63,980 bases of DNA, filler included, from Conidiobolus incongruus B7586 (GCA_000697335.1; 16 parts of 16 records of this genome joined end to end with filler, not necessarily neighbours in it), one strand, 5' to 3'. Positions 27,876-40,662 are shown, counted from the whole stretch's first letter. Translations and numbers: made by a program. Notes: a model not told the origin generated them from the sequence alone.

Positions 27876-28094
27876 TCATATAATCGATGAATAATCCATT
27901 AATTTGATGAATGACATTACTTCATACGGGAGATCTTCATCTTTGTGATCATTAGTATTCGTTTCATCCAACTCTTTATTAAGTCTAGGCAATTCCACAG
28001 ATATTGTTTTTCTAGAAGTGGCCAAGGTATTCTGAGACATAATGGGATTAGAGAGCTTATGAAAATGTATTATTGGTGTGTTAAGGAACTTCAT
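27876..28094 (-). CDS. Microprotein family member 2, divergent (72 aa)
   Basis: MKFLNTP...ATSRKTISVE...DLPYEVMSFIKLMDYSSII. PYEVMSFIK matches the family motif, followed by an 8-aa extension. TATAAATA at 28152-28145. An alternative start is at 28040. Confidence 0.55.
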   Translation of the reverse strand: MKFLNTPIIHFHKLSNPIMSQNTLATSRKTISVELPRLNKELDETNTNDHKDEDLPYEVMSFIKLMDYSSII

Positions 28095-30669
28095 TTTAAT
28101 ATTCAAACTTTATAAAATTTAAAAAGTTGTGAAGTTATTTGAGGTATTTATATAGTACAATGCATTTATCAAAATAGAATCGGCTAAAAATATATCCCCC
28201 AATGTATGTTTATTTAATGCTGTGGAATTTATAGAATTTTTTTTTTGCTTATTGACAGAGTATTTAAATGTTTATTTCCACTACAGTATTTTATGAATAA
28301 ATAGAAAACAATTTTATATAGTATAATAAATACAATTTAAATAAAATTTTGATTTTTTTTATTTTTATAAACAATTATTATATATAAATTAAACTAATAA
28401 ATATCTTAATTTTCATATATCAATAATTATTCATTGATTTAATTACTAATACATTTTCTATTAGAAATCGAAAATAAAAATTTCACATGGATTAATTTTA
28501 TTAAATCATAAATTATTTTAAAACTATTTATATATTAATTTAAATCAAATACTTAATTACCATATATTTTAATATATTTTTATAATTATAATATAATTTG
28601 AATAATATTTGATTTAATATATTCATAGTTAATACTCTGATATCCACTATAATCGATTTTATTTAAAAAATGGTGATATATTGTTTTGTAAAATATAATT
28701 ATATTATATTTTAAATTTGATCGATAATTGTTGTTATTATCGTTATTTATTTATAACATTGATATTTTATAATATTATTACAATTTAAATTATTTTCAAC
28801 TTTGAATATTATTTATATATCATCAAATCTCAATTGTCAAAAATGAGATAATAAATTTTATTATTAGAAAATCAATTATATAATAAATTTTTTTGAAGTT
28901 TAACTGAAATTGAAATAATTACACTGAAATATAAAAATACGCCAATTAAGATGATATATAATTGGGAATCAATTATTATTTCTTTATTTACTATTTTTAT
29001 ATAAATTACCAAAATATTTAATTAAGCATTCCTTAGTATTAAAAAATATATATCAACTTAATAATATTCATATTTATTAACAACATTATTAAATATGATA
29101 TAAGAGTTTAAGATTTTGATTTTATAATATATTAAATATGGACAAGTGCTGCAAAAATGGATTCAAAATAAATACAAACAGCATTTAGCTGATATAGCTC
29201 AACAATTGCTATAAATCAACCACATGCATAGTATGATGTTTATTTGTCTCTCTGATTCCGAAGAAACCCTTGGAGATCTAACCGGTAATGATATTCCAGA
29301 CACTGATGAAGTGGTATAAAGGGAATTAGAAGTAGAATAAGTAAAATAAGCCCTCTTAAAAATCAACACGATAAATTCGATCCATACTTAAAATATACTT
29401 TTGTGTGTAATTGAGTGAATCGATGGCTGTTTTTATCGTTTATTAGACTGTATTTATACTAGCATTTATGCTGCAGGATTAATAATACTTAATAATTAGC
29501 TTTGAACTGGTTAATAATTTAATCCCACACTGATAATCTTTTTGGTGAGATATATAAAAATTGAGAATATAATATTATAATTATCTTATTACCAAATGTC
29601 AATATTATTGCTGAATAATATTAATTAAAATTTTGTATAATGTTAAATTAAAATGATTTTTAAATATGAAAATCTCTAAAAAAATTATTATAAATTCATT
29701 TTTTTTATTTTATATTAAATATATGTATTCCAATTACTATAATTACTATACTTTGAACATAACATTTCAATATGTAATAAATATAAAAATAATAAACACT
29801 GAAATTATAGTATATAGATAAATGTTATTAATGATTTCATACTTTGTACATTTTTATTTTAAAGATACTGCACAACAATTAATTTTAAAAGGTGTTTTTG
29901 ATCTATATTATACAATAGAATATTATAATGATGAATAAAATAGAAATATCTGATATTTTAAAAAGGATTAACAATTCAAGAGCACTATCTCAATTATAGT
30001 AATTTGTATTAGTAATTGAATGATATTCATTTTATTTGAATATAATAATATATTTATATATCGAAATTCTAAATTTGCCAATACGATTTTTTATTACAAC
30101 TTTACAATTAAGCAAACTATGTGGTATCTGTTTAAAATGGTATAATTAATAGAAGGGACCTTTCAATTTTTTATTAGTTCATAATTGTTGTCACACTGCA
30201 AATGACAGGATAGCGTTAATATTGAATATTGCTTAAATGGGAATTGACATAACAATCGGGATCCAAGATTATAAAAACCGGAGTTATTCAATCTAGTACC
30301 CCAACATATTTTGTTGGTGTAAAATAGGCTTATTTGGATTATAGTTTAACTGTTATTGGAAAGGAGAAATAAATGATTGATTTATAAATATGTTTTTAAA
30401 ATATATTTTTGAAATCATTTTATCTCGATTATTCAATCAATAGTCAGAAGTAAATTTCAAAATGTTCTAGATTAAGTTCAAAGGATATTTATAAATTAAT
30501 TGTTGAATTGGTTTATATAAAAAATTAATAAATGGGGCGAAATTTGACATTTCATTAAATTAATGAGACAAATTAATACTTAAATTATTAATTGATATAA
30601 GTCAAAAAACTATAAATACTCTTACAATTTTATCAAAAACTTAATACAATACAATCATTACTAATTTCA

Positions 30670-30864
30670 ATGGATTATACTTATCTCGCTGAATTAAACA
30701 GACATCGCACCTCTGCCCCCAACTCTGGTTACAATACTCCTTTTACCTCCTGTATAACATCTCCAATTGGATCTCCTAGAAATTCGATCTTTGAACCAAG
30801 GAATGAGCGTAAAACGAATAGAAATAACGCATCACCATACCGACTTTTAAGTTATACCAGGTAA
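30670..30864 (+). CDS. Microprotein family member 3 (64 aa, S/T ladder)
   Basis: MDYTYLAELNRHRTSAPNSGYNTPFTSCITSPIGSPRNSIFEPRNERKTNRNNASPYRLLSYTR. TATAAATA at 30611-30618. Aligns without gaps to members 4-6. Confidence 0.85.
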   Translation: MDYTYLAELNRHRTSAPNSGYNTPFTSCITSPIGSPRNSIFEPRNERKTNRNNASPYRLLSYTR

Positions 30865-31635
30865 TGTTTCTGATAACCTGAATTGACTTCAATCCTATGT
30901 AATATCTATAATTAAATTAATATCGTAAATAACAACATTAAAATATCTGACAATTTCTTTCATTTATTGTATTATTTAATTATAAAATGTTAGTGGTAAC
31001 AAAATGAAAAATAAAATCATCCATTTATATATAAATAGTCAATATGTATTAAAATAATTTTAGTCATAATGGGATAATAAGTTCTTTGAACTCGCTATTT
31101 ATATGATTAAATGAACCTCTAGGTTTTATTTTTATTGCATTGATAAATTTAAAATAATTTCTGTCTATGGATTAATGATAATTTTTTGATTTATAAGATA
31201 TTTATTTAATTTGAAGTATTTTAACAGAATCTGGTTAAATAACCATATTATTGATTAATAATATTAAATATATTGCTAAATATTTTTTGGATAAATAAAA
31301 TTCTAAAATTCCTATTCTTTTTGTTCAAAAATTTGAGATATATAAATTTTGTTAAGTTTAAAAGTAAATTATTTGATTCAACAATGACAGTATGTATTTT
31401 ATAAAGTTAATAATAATTCAAAATGCTTAATCAATAGTAACTTTTTTCACTAGGTAATGTTTATTTTTATTTTACATTTATATTAAAATACCAAGATAAT
31501 TCATTCACTATTATTTAAAATAATCCTTTGTATAAATTAAAATTGAATATCTAACAATATTTATATATAGTTTCAATAACAAAATATAAGAAAATAACCT
31601 CAACTGATAAAAAAAATTTGGAAATTATAATATAT

Positions 31636-31830
31636 CTGACCGATATAGCTTACTAACTCAAATGATGGGATATTTTCTTAAAAATGACTTTTGTTTCATT
31701 CAAAATTTTTCATAAAAACTGGTGAAAATACAGAAGGGGACGTAGAATGAGAAAGACATGGAGTATTATACGTATAATTAAGAAGGAATGCGCATCTCAT
31801 TACTAAAAATGCTTTATGATTTGGATTCTA
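31636..31830 (-). pseudogene. Microprotein family member 4, pseudogene
   Basis: Reads *NPNHKAFLVMRCAFLLNYTYNTPCLSHSTSPSVFSPVFMKNFE*NKSHF*ENIPSFELVSYIGQ in the same 195-nt register as members 3 and 5 (YNTP at codons 21-24, TSP at 30-32, FELVSYI at 57-63). Start and stop codons are lost and there are two internal stops. TATAAAAA is retained at 31900-31893. Confidence 0.7.
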
Positions 31831-32450
31831 GTTATTTAATATGAAATATTCTTTGATAGTATTAATGTCAAAAATCTTAGTACTTTTCAAAGTTTTTATA
31901 TTTTATCTATCGTAATTAGTCACCAAAATAATTATATCCATTTACCAAATTTGTATTCAAACTGGATTTACGATTTTAAACAGATTTATGCTGATTTTAA
32001 TTAACAATATCTGAACAATACTATAACCAATTAGTGATAAAGGTTATGTTATTCTTAAAAGCAGTTCAGTTTATGTATTTAATACTTTTAAATTGAAATT
32101 TCTTCAAAAAAAAATTGACAAATACACAATATTGTTCTCCTTGAAATTTGATAATGGATTTAAAAAAATAATTAGAGTACTTAATATTAATTCTATATAA
32201 ATTTAAAAATATAAATAAAAATGAAATTCAAATTACAGTGAAATATTAGAGGATTAAAATGAATGATTACATTAATATATAATCAGATTTTAGTTTTAAA
32301 TGACTTGATACTATAGGGATTAATAAAAAATATACATTATAATTAGATAGAATGTTGTAAAGTTAATTTATTAGTATAAATATTAAATATAATACACAAG
32401 TATGAACAAATTAGTGATATAATGTAACTTGAAGATTTTCAGCATTTTCC

Positions 32451-32645
32451 TTATCGGATATAGCTCATCAAATTATATTGAATGCGATGATGTTTGGAAT
32501 CATTCCTATGGGATGTGTTCGATTCAATAGAGACCCTTCGAGATCCAACTGGAGATGTGACTTGAGAAGATGAGGGAGTACTAAAAGCGGAGTTGGGAGC
32601 AGAAGAACGAGCTCTTTCTAAATCAACCAAATGGATTTGATCCAT
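32451..32645 (-). CDS. Microprotein family member 5 (64 aa, S/T ladder)
   Basis: MDQIHLVDLERARSSAPNSAFSTPSSSQVTSPVGSRRVSIESNTSHRNDSKHHRIQYNLMSYIR. ATG at 32645 chosen by homology (195 nt like member 3). TATAAATA at 32721-32714. Confidence 0.85.
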   Translation of the reverse strand: MDQIHLVDLERARSSAPNSAFSTPSSSQVTSPVGSRRVSIESNTSHRNDSKHHRIQYNLMSYIR

Positions 32646-33465
32646 GAGTAGCAATAAGTGTTTTGTATATGCAAATGAATGTATTGATGCTTTTGTCATA
32701 ATAGACTGAGTAGTATTTATACTCTCATCAATTGATTCGAATTAATAATACAGTTCAACTTTTAGTTAATAATAAAAATTTAATTGATTAATAGGTAAAT
32801 TCAAAAAAGGAAAATTTTAAGGACAAAATATATGTGAAAATATTGAATAATTTAATAATCATTGCTTTTTATGAAATTTTCAATTTATTACAATTTTTAA
32901 ATCAAATATTATTAATTTCAATTAAAATTATTGAATTTTTATAGATAAATTTCATAATTTTTTCACTTATTAAACGATAAATTGAGAATATTTTTATATT
33001 TTAATGGAAAAGTTAAATTTAATAATTTATAGTTTTAAAATTTGGATGATATTATGACAAAAGAATCCTGAAATAATAGCCAATGGATAAATATTATTAA
33101 TGCTAAGCTTTATCCACTCAAATTTGGATGATAACAATTAAATAGCTGTAAATATTTTCATTGACAAAAGTTATCAATATAAAACTATTTTGAGTATTTG
33201 GAGAGCATAATTTTAAGAGGACTATATCGGTTATAATGACTAAAATTTTGGTTTTGTACATCAATAATAGGAAGGCAAAAATTCAAAATATTCTACAATT
33301 TATAATGTTTAAATCAATAGTAATTTAAATTATTATGATATATAAGTAATGAAATTATATTATATTAAAATATCAATTAAATTTTGTTAATTCTTAAATA
33401 CTTTTAAAACTATATTTCAATAAACATAATAGAAGATATCATTGTTATAGAATTTAATAGTAACG

Positions 33466-33660
33466 ATGGACTATGCTTACTTCGCCGAATTACAAAGATA
33501 TCGCTCTTCTGCTCCCAGCTCTACTTAGAACCCTCATTCTACCTCCCGTACTACATCTCCATCTGAATCGCCAAGAAATTCAATACTTTTGCGAAGGAAT
33601 GGAAAGACACATATCAATCATAACGCATATTAATACCAACTATTATCTTAAATTAGATAA
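33466..33660 (+). pseudogene. Microprotein family member 6, pseudogene
   Basis: MDYAYFAELQRYRSSAPSST*NPHSTSRTTSPSESPRNSILLRRNGKTHINHNAY*YQLLS*IR*: 195 nt, no indels, three in-frame stops at codons 21, 56 and 62. Confidence 0.82.
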
Positions 33661-34262
33661 TAGCTTCGAGATTGTATCATGTCGGTTCAAAAAATTTTGT
33701 ATTATATTAAATTTATTAAATAATTTTTTCAATTAGTTTTATAATAAATTGTCAAATTCTAAGTTAATTTTAACTAACATTATACATTTTAATATATTCA
33801 GCTATATTATTAAATATACTAAAATTATTAATAATTTTGTTTTTAAAACTTTGAGTTATTAGAATTGAATAATAAAATAATTTCAATATAAAAATTGAAA
33901 CTATAAATATCAAATTCTAAGATACGATAATAGAATAAGGAATTTATGTTATATATTTATTAATATATCAGATTAATTTTTTGATTAGGTTTAACTTAAT
34001 TTTATTAAATATCATTATAATTGCAATAATATATAAACTGGTTTATAAATTAAAAATAACTAAAAGAATTTTATTTCTTAAGCTAAAGATTAAATTTTTA
34101 ATTATTTATATAATTTAATATTAAAACTTAAATTATTCTTATATTTTGTTAAATATAATATTNNNNNNNNNNNNNNNNNNNNNNNNNNNNNNNNNNNNNN
34201 NNNNNNTTAATTAATTAANNNNNNNNNNNNNNNNNNNNNNNNNNNNNNNNNNNNNNNNNNNN

Positions 34263-34967
34263 GCCCAAACTCATGGAGATGACATTACCCTTGGGACCAT
34301 TGGCGTTTTTAACGGCCCAGTTAACACCAGCAATGACACCAGAGTTGGATCCAGATCCATTGTCACCCAAAACCTTGACAGCAACAATTTGAGCTTTCTT
34401 GGCAACACCATAAGTGTTACCAGCAATAGTACCAGCACAGTGAGTACCATGGCCATGTTTATCATCGTTGGAACCAGTAGCGGTGTTGGTACCCCAGACA
34501 GCACGGCCTCCAAAGTCATTGTGCTTGACATTGACACCAGTGTCTAAGACGAAAACTTTGACACCTTCACCAGCGTTATCAGCGTATTTATAAGTGTAAG
34601 GAGCGGAACCGAGCTTAGCACGTTGACTAACACGAGCAAGACCCCAAGGAGCATTGGATTGACTTCCAATGGCCTTCATAACTTGATCTTGTTCAACTGA
34701 TTCAACATGAGGAAGAGCCTTAACTTTGTTCAAGGTAGCTTCATCGAGCTTAGCAGAGATACCAGTAAAAACGGCGTCATATTTGTGCAAAAGTTCATTG
34801 TTACCATCACGGTTAGTGAAGAGGTCAGTAACAGCTTGGACTTGAGCATCGAAGGAGGAACGAGCGTCCTTGTTGAAAGCAATGATGTATTGATCCTTAA
34901 TAGCTTGAGCTTGAACCAAGGAAGCGACCAAAACGGTGAAAGTGGCAAATACAGTGGTGAATTGCAT
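34263..34967 (-). CDS. Secreted subtilisin-like serine protease (S8, proteinase K type) with I9 propeptide, 3' end lost in gap
   Basis: Signal peptide MQFTTVFATFTVLVASLVQA, I9 prodomain, QSNAPWGLARVS, catalytic Asp in VLDTG, catalytic His in GHGTHCAG, then VAVKVL and MSLG. The catalytic Ser lies beyond the gap. TATAAAAA at 35041-35034. Confidence 0.97.
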
Positions 34968-37805
34968 AATGATTTTAATAAATAAATAAATATATTTAGT
35001 ATATGATGCTGTTTGAGTTGAATCACGTTCAGTTTTTATACTCACTATAATATATTAGAGTCTAGTACCTATGCAAGTATCAAATACATTGTTTAATTCT
35101 TCTATTAAAAAATATATGAAATTAAATTAAAACTTTAATCAGATAAATTAAAAGCATAACAGCTATAATACTTCATTAAGAATTCTTGATGTATTAAGTT
35201 CTTTTAGTTGGATTAAAGTGCCAAATTCAAGATTTTTCTTTATTGTAATATATTCTCTAATTCTTGATCCGATATTTCAATTACAATTTTATCTGATTTT
35301 TTAAAAGTTTTATATTCAAAATTGATTAGAATAAATAATTTATTTAATAATAATTTATCCAATTTTTAATGAAAAAAATATTTTTATATGAAATATATAT
35401 TATAATTTATTAGTTTAATACCTATAATAATTTTCATATTCTTATCTAAATGTAAACCATTAATATTAAGGAAATCATCTTTATTTTCAATATAATATAG
35501 ATCAAAATAATAGATATTTTTGATAGTTATGATTTTAAAAGAAATATATTGGATTTCATTATTTACTTATTTCTATTTGAATTTATTGGGCAAATCAAGA
35601 TTAAATTAACTGTTTGATAGAATATATATTATACCCGCAGATATACATTTAAATTACATAATATTATTTTTTTTATCACTATATTGAATTGATGTTTATA
35701 TCCGAAATTATGTTAATTTCAAAGTAATTTACTTATCATCATCAGGAAAATGCATTTTGAACAAATAAAATGCCAATTTAATCTTAATAACTTTGTCATT
35801 ATACCAAATTGATTAGTCTTAGAATCTTCCATTAAACTATGATATTTATTGTATTTTGAAAATACCCGTCCGTCTTGATTCGATGGTTGTGTCAATATTA
35901 CTCCTTATTTATAGTGGCTTTGTCATTCCATACTCGAAGGATATGATTCACTGAAACAATGTTTAAATAAGCTTATTAATATATAATTTAGTATCAAACA
36001 TTTTTATTGAAAAGCATATAATAAATCATAACAGTATTATTTAATCTTAATACCTGAAATGTTGTCATCATATTAAGTTAATATTTATAATAAGTTATAC
36101 ATTGTTCAATCTTCTATTAAATATTCTATTGTAATCGTATTTATTTGTTAATAGTCTATATTTAACAATAAAATAGTAGTATTTAAAAGATAATAATCTA
36201 AAATAGTAATAAAGTTTTAGTATCCAATCATACCTTATATATTATTTTAAAATCAATTCCATAAATCACTAGATTAGTGATTTAAAACAGGTTATTATCC
36301 TTCAGTTCTTTATAAAATTTTTATATTTTAAGTTTATATATTAGGTTAATAATAATAATTTATAATTTTGACAAATGTATAGAAAAAAAATGATTAGTTA
36401 AATAATTCTTGTATTTGTTTCAAATATCCATTACTTAATGAAATAATTAAATATTATTATTTTAAAAAATTTTTAATAATATCCAATATGTCAAGATTAA
36501 TAAAGTAAAAATAATTTATTCTAAAATTTATTATATAATTATACTTTTATTAATTAGTAAATTATATAAAATTTTAATATATTAAATTAAAAATTTACTT
36601 TCTAATATTAAATACAATACATAAATTATTTATTCATTAAAGTTTTTAATATCATATTAATAATTTAATTTTTTTTATAAATTATTGTTATATATTTTAA
36701 AATGGTTCCAAATATGATAAAATCCCATCATTTAATAATATATTCATCCTTATCAAAAAAAGAGATAATTAGTAAAGGATAAGGAAGAAATTAAAAATTA
36801 ATATCATGAACCCTTTACCGAACAAATATTTAAGTGATATATACGATTTTTATTAAATTGAGACTTCCTATAAATTCTAAATTTTATTCAATATTACATG
36901 ATATATATATTCTCATTATACAATTATCAAAAGTATACTTTTTGCTAAAAAAGTCTTATAAAATTTAATAATAAAAACGTTTAACTAAGTGAATATAATA
37001 ATTTTGATAATTTGTTTATTTAGAAAAGTCATAATGTGAGAAGAGTTAATAAAGATCACAAAATATATCAATTGAGGTTGATTGGAGTTAAATAAAATTT
37101 AACATTGGTTTTCAAATTGTCATAGATTATAATAATGTCATAAATGCTTATCTAACATAGAAGTTGTATATTTCAAATTTGAAAAATTTTTTATCTCAAC
37201 CTTATAATCCAGTAATTAATCATCTAGGAGCGTTATCTTGACATGAAATAGTCATATCAAGATTAATTTGTTTTAATCTTTCTTACATAGTAATATAAAA
37301 AAGTTTTTTCATAGTCCATAATTGTTACAAAACTCATACATCATGAATATTATAAAGCCTTCATTTTATCAGAAAATAAAATCAAACACATACTAATAAA
37401 TATTATTGATTTATATTCCAGATTATTAAATAATCTTATCAAATTTAATACCTTTATTTTGTTTAAAAAGGTTTAAATGTATGTAAAAAATAAAATTGCA
37501 TTCAAAAAATATGTAATAATTAATATACAAACTTTCATTTTAAATGTATTAACTATTGTTTCAACTTTTGAAATATATAATACTTTTATTAAATTTAATG
37601 TATAAATTTATATATAATTGAAAATTTTATTATTTTGTTATTAATTTAATTTTAAAATTTTCAAACTCAAAATTGATATATTATTGACATTTAATCAATG
37701 ATTTACTAATTTGGATTTGATTCTTTTTAGTATTTTGATTAATAATATATTTGGATATTCATTACTATTATTTCAACTCAGGTATATAAATAAAATATGA
37801 TATAT

Positions 37806-38134
37806 TAACACGTCTTGGGAAAGCTGTGTCAAGAGTAGTTTAAATAAAAGAGAGAGGTCTGGGGAATTCTAGGTAGGTTTTAGGGAGATAGGGGGTTTAT
37901 TAAGGCAAATAACTGAGGGGACAAAGATCGAACTCGTCTCTTTGAGAATAGCTCTAATTCCAGATTTTATATAGAGTGAGTTGGGTAAGGTGATTCATGA
38001 GATTATCCGGTGACTTGCATCAACGGCCAATTAAAATATAGAGTGGGAGCAGATGGTATGCGAGAGGGAAATGACTTTACCATTAGGTTGATGTAAGAAT
38101 ACTTGGGCAGAAGGGAGTCACCCGGCTCGTGACA
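37806..38134 (-). mobile_element. Solo LTR (329 bp)
   Basis: On the minus strand it starts TGTCACG and ends CGTGTTA (decayed CGTGACA). ATAT flanks both sides (possible TSD, weak in AT-rich DNA). Internal TATATAAAA followed by AATAAA. A second copy is at 7972. Confidence 0.72.
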
Positions 38135-40662
38135 ATATAATATTAATTTATCAGTTTTAATTATAACAAGGAATATGTATTTTTGATTAATGAAAATACA
38201 GATATTTTACTAAATAAATAGTCAGATATAGATAAGTATTTTATATGACTTAGTTCCCAAATTCAGGATCCATTATAAATTTAAGAATTATATCTTAATT
38301 ACATTTTCGCATATATAAATCGATTTAACAATTGATACCACATTTTAATAATCACAATCATTTCACAAGTATACAAACTTTTTGTTGTTTTTATCAAAAA
38401 AGAGAATATCATCTACCAAAATATTAATTCAATATGTGAACTAGTGTTATTAATTTATAAATAACTCATATCACTTATTTATAGTTTTTACTTCAATTCA
38501 ATTTGTAAAATACTATTAACAAAAAAATTTTTTCATATTATGTTAATTATTAATTTAATTAAATTTAATAATTTAACAATTTATAAATAAAATTTTATAC
38601 TTTAAAAATTAATAATATTTAGTAATTTTAAAATTACATTATATTTATAATTTTTTTCAATTATTTTATTATTATATAACTGAAAAATAAATTATTGACT
38701 TTTTATATCAAATTAATATATAATATTTCATTTGATGAATAATATATTTTGAAACTATATATTATTATTGTCAGATTATATTATATAATATATTGTATTA
38801 TAAGGTTTAAAACATTTAATAGATTTTGGTTTGTAATAAGATATTGTTTATTTAAAAATATAATCAAATATATAAATTAAGTTAATTTTATTATTATAAA
38901 GTTTTATAATTATAAATTATTTTAANNNNNNNNNNNNNNNNNNNNNNNNNNNNNNNNNNNNNNNNNNNNTTAATTAATTAANNNNNNNNNNNNNNNNNNN
39001 NNNNNNNNNNNNNNNNNNNNNNNNNTTATAAATTAATATTTTTATAAATATTTTAAACAATGATATAATAATATAATATTTATAGATTAAGTTAATCTTA
39101 TTTAATTCATATTTAATTAATAATAATATTCAAGGCTAATTTATTTTATATAAAAATCTTTTTCTAATATATTATATTATGCCATATTAGAATCAAAGTT
39201 AGTTTATTATTATATTTGATTATTTAGAACAATATGGAGGCTAAATTATTGGCTATTATATATTTTAATTTTTAACAAAAATTTTATATAAATATATATT
39301 GATAATTTAATATTTAATATTTTTCAATAATTATAAAAAAGCAAAAAATATTTAATATTAATATTTATTAAATATATTATTATATTGAAAAAATAAAAAA
39401 TTATGATATTATTGAATATTTGTTAATTATAAATAAAATTACTAATAAAAATATAAACCAAATCATATATAATATTATAAAGGAATTAGCATATATATAT
39501 ATATATTATTTAAAACCTTAAATATTGGATATTAAAGTATTACCATTATTTTTCTAAAACTAATAATTAAATTCAAAGATTTAAATCAAAATATATTATA
39601 AAATAAAAAGATTAATAAAATATTTTGATTCAAATGGAATGGATTTTTTATTTGAAACTAAATTCATGGATAATATTGGCTTGATATATATTATGCTAAT
39701 GATAAATATATGAAATAAATTTGATTTAAAATTATTCTCAACTGCTAATAATAAAATTTTATATTATATTATTAAACATTCGTTTCATATTAAAAAATTT
39801 GATTTGTTAAATTTTATTTTTTATCATATTTTTTATTTACCATGTTTACTTTTATTTCAAAATATATTAATAGATCTAATGTTTATTAATAAAACTATAT
39901 AATATAATTAAAAATTTTAGAAAACTCTGTACTCATATTAATATTCAATTAAATATGGTGTAATAATTATATAACACTAGCTTGAATTTTAGTTCAGAAT
40001 TCAAACAATTTCAAGGAAGATTAAAAGACGGGAGATTGTGGTGGTTTTAAATGATTAATAAATCTAGTCAAATAATAATTTGTTATATAATAATTAATAA
40101 TATTTAAAATAGGATAGATCTTATTAAATACTGGGTGTAACAATTAACAATAGACTGAGGAAATCTGGGTTTGCCACCTAAATGAACCCAATATTAGCTA
40201 GAATGACTGATGGAGCGGATTAAAGAATGGAGGTTTAGCATGTTCGATTAAGTTAGATTTTACTTTATAAGTTAATATGGATGAACTTTATTGGGATGGG
40301 GGGAATACAAAGGGGAGTTGTTTTGGAACCTCAAACCTGGGGAAAAAATTTGTTAGATTCAAGCATGGTCCAATTAGGAAGGAGATGGAGGAGCTTAATA
40401 GTTTTAAATTGACTAAGTGAGGTCAACTAAAATATTCTTTAAATGTGATGCTGCTTATTAAGGTATAGGGAATTAACCTAATTCGGTATGAATGGCGTAC
40501 TTGAGCTTATCAAATACTAATTTCAGTAAAATTTCCTCTCTTCATTCAATTTTGACTATATAAACTCCCTCAGTTTCCCCTAGTTTGCATTTTTACCGTC
40601 AACAATTTTCCTCGTCAAGTGTTACCAGCACCAGCACCATCTCTTTCTTGATTCTTACCTTG

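Noticed and set aside
33466..33660. Stop-codon reassignment (TAA/TAG read as Tyr or Gln)
   Set aside because: TAA and TAG end the well-supported genes in this window at the expected positions, and none has internal stops.
33473..33736. 87-aa ORF MLTSPNYK... from the ORF track
   Set aside because: Alternative frame over pseudogene 33466-33660, whose frame is supported by homology.
34271..35026. ORFs 34271-34537, 34707-34985 and 34730-35026
   Set aside because: Alternative-frame or antisense shadows of the codon-biased subtilisin gene.
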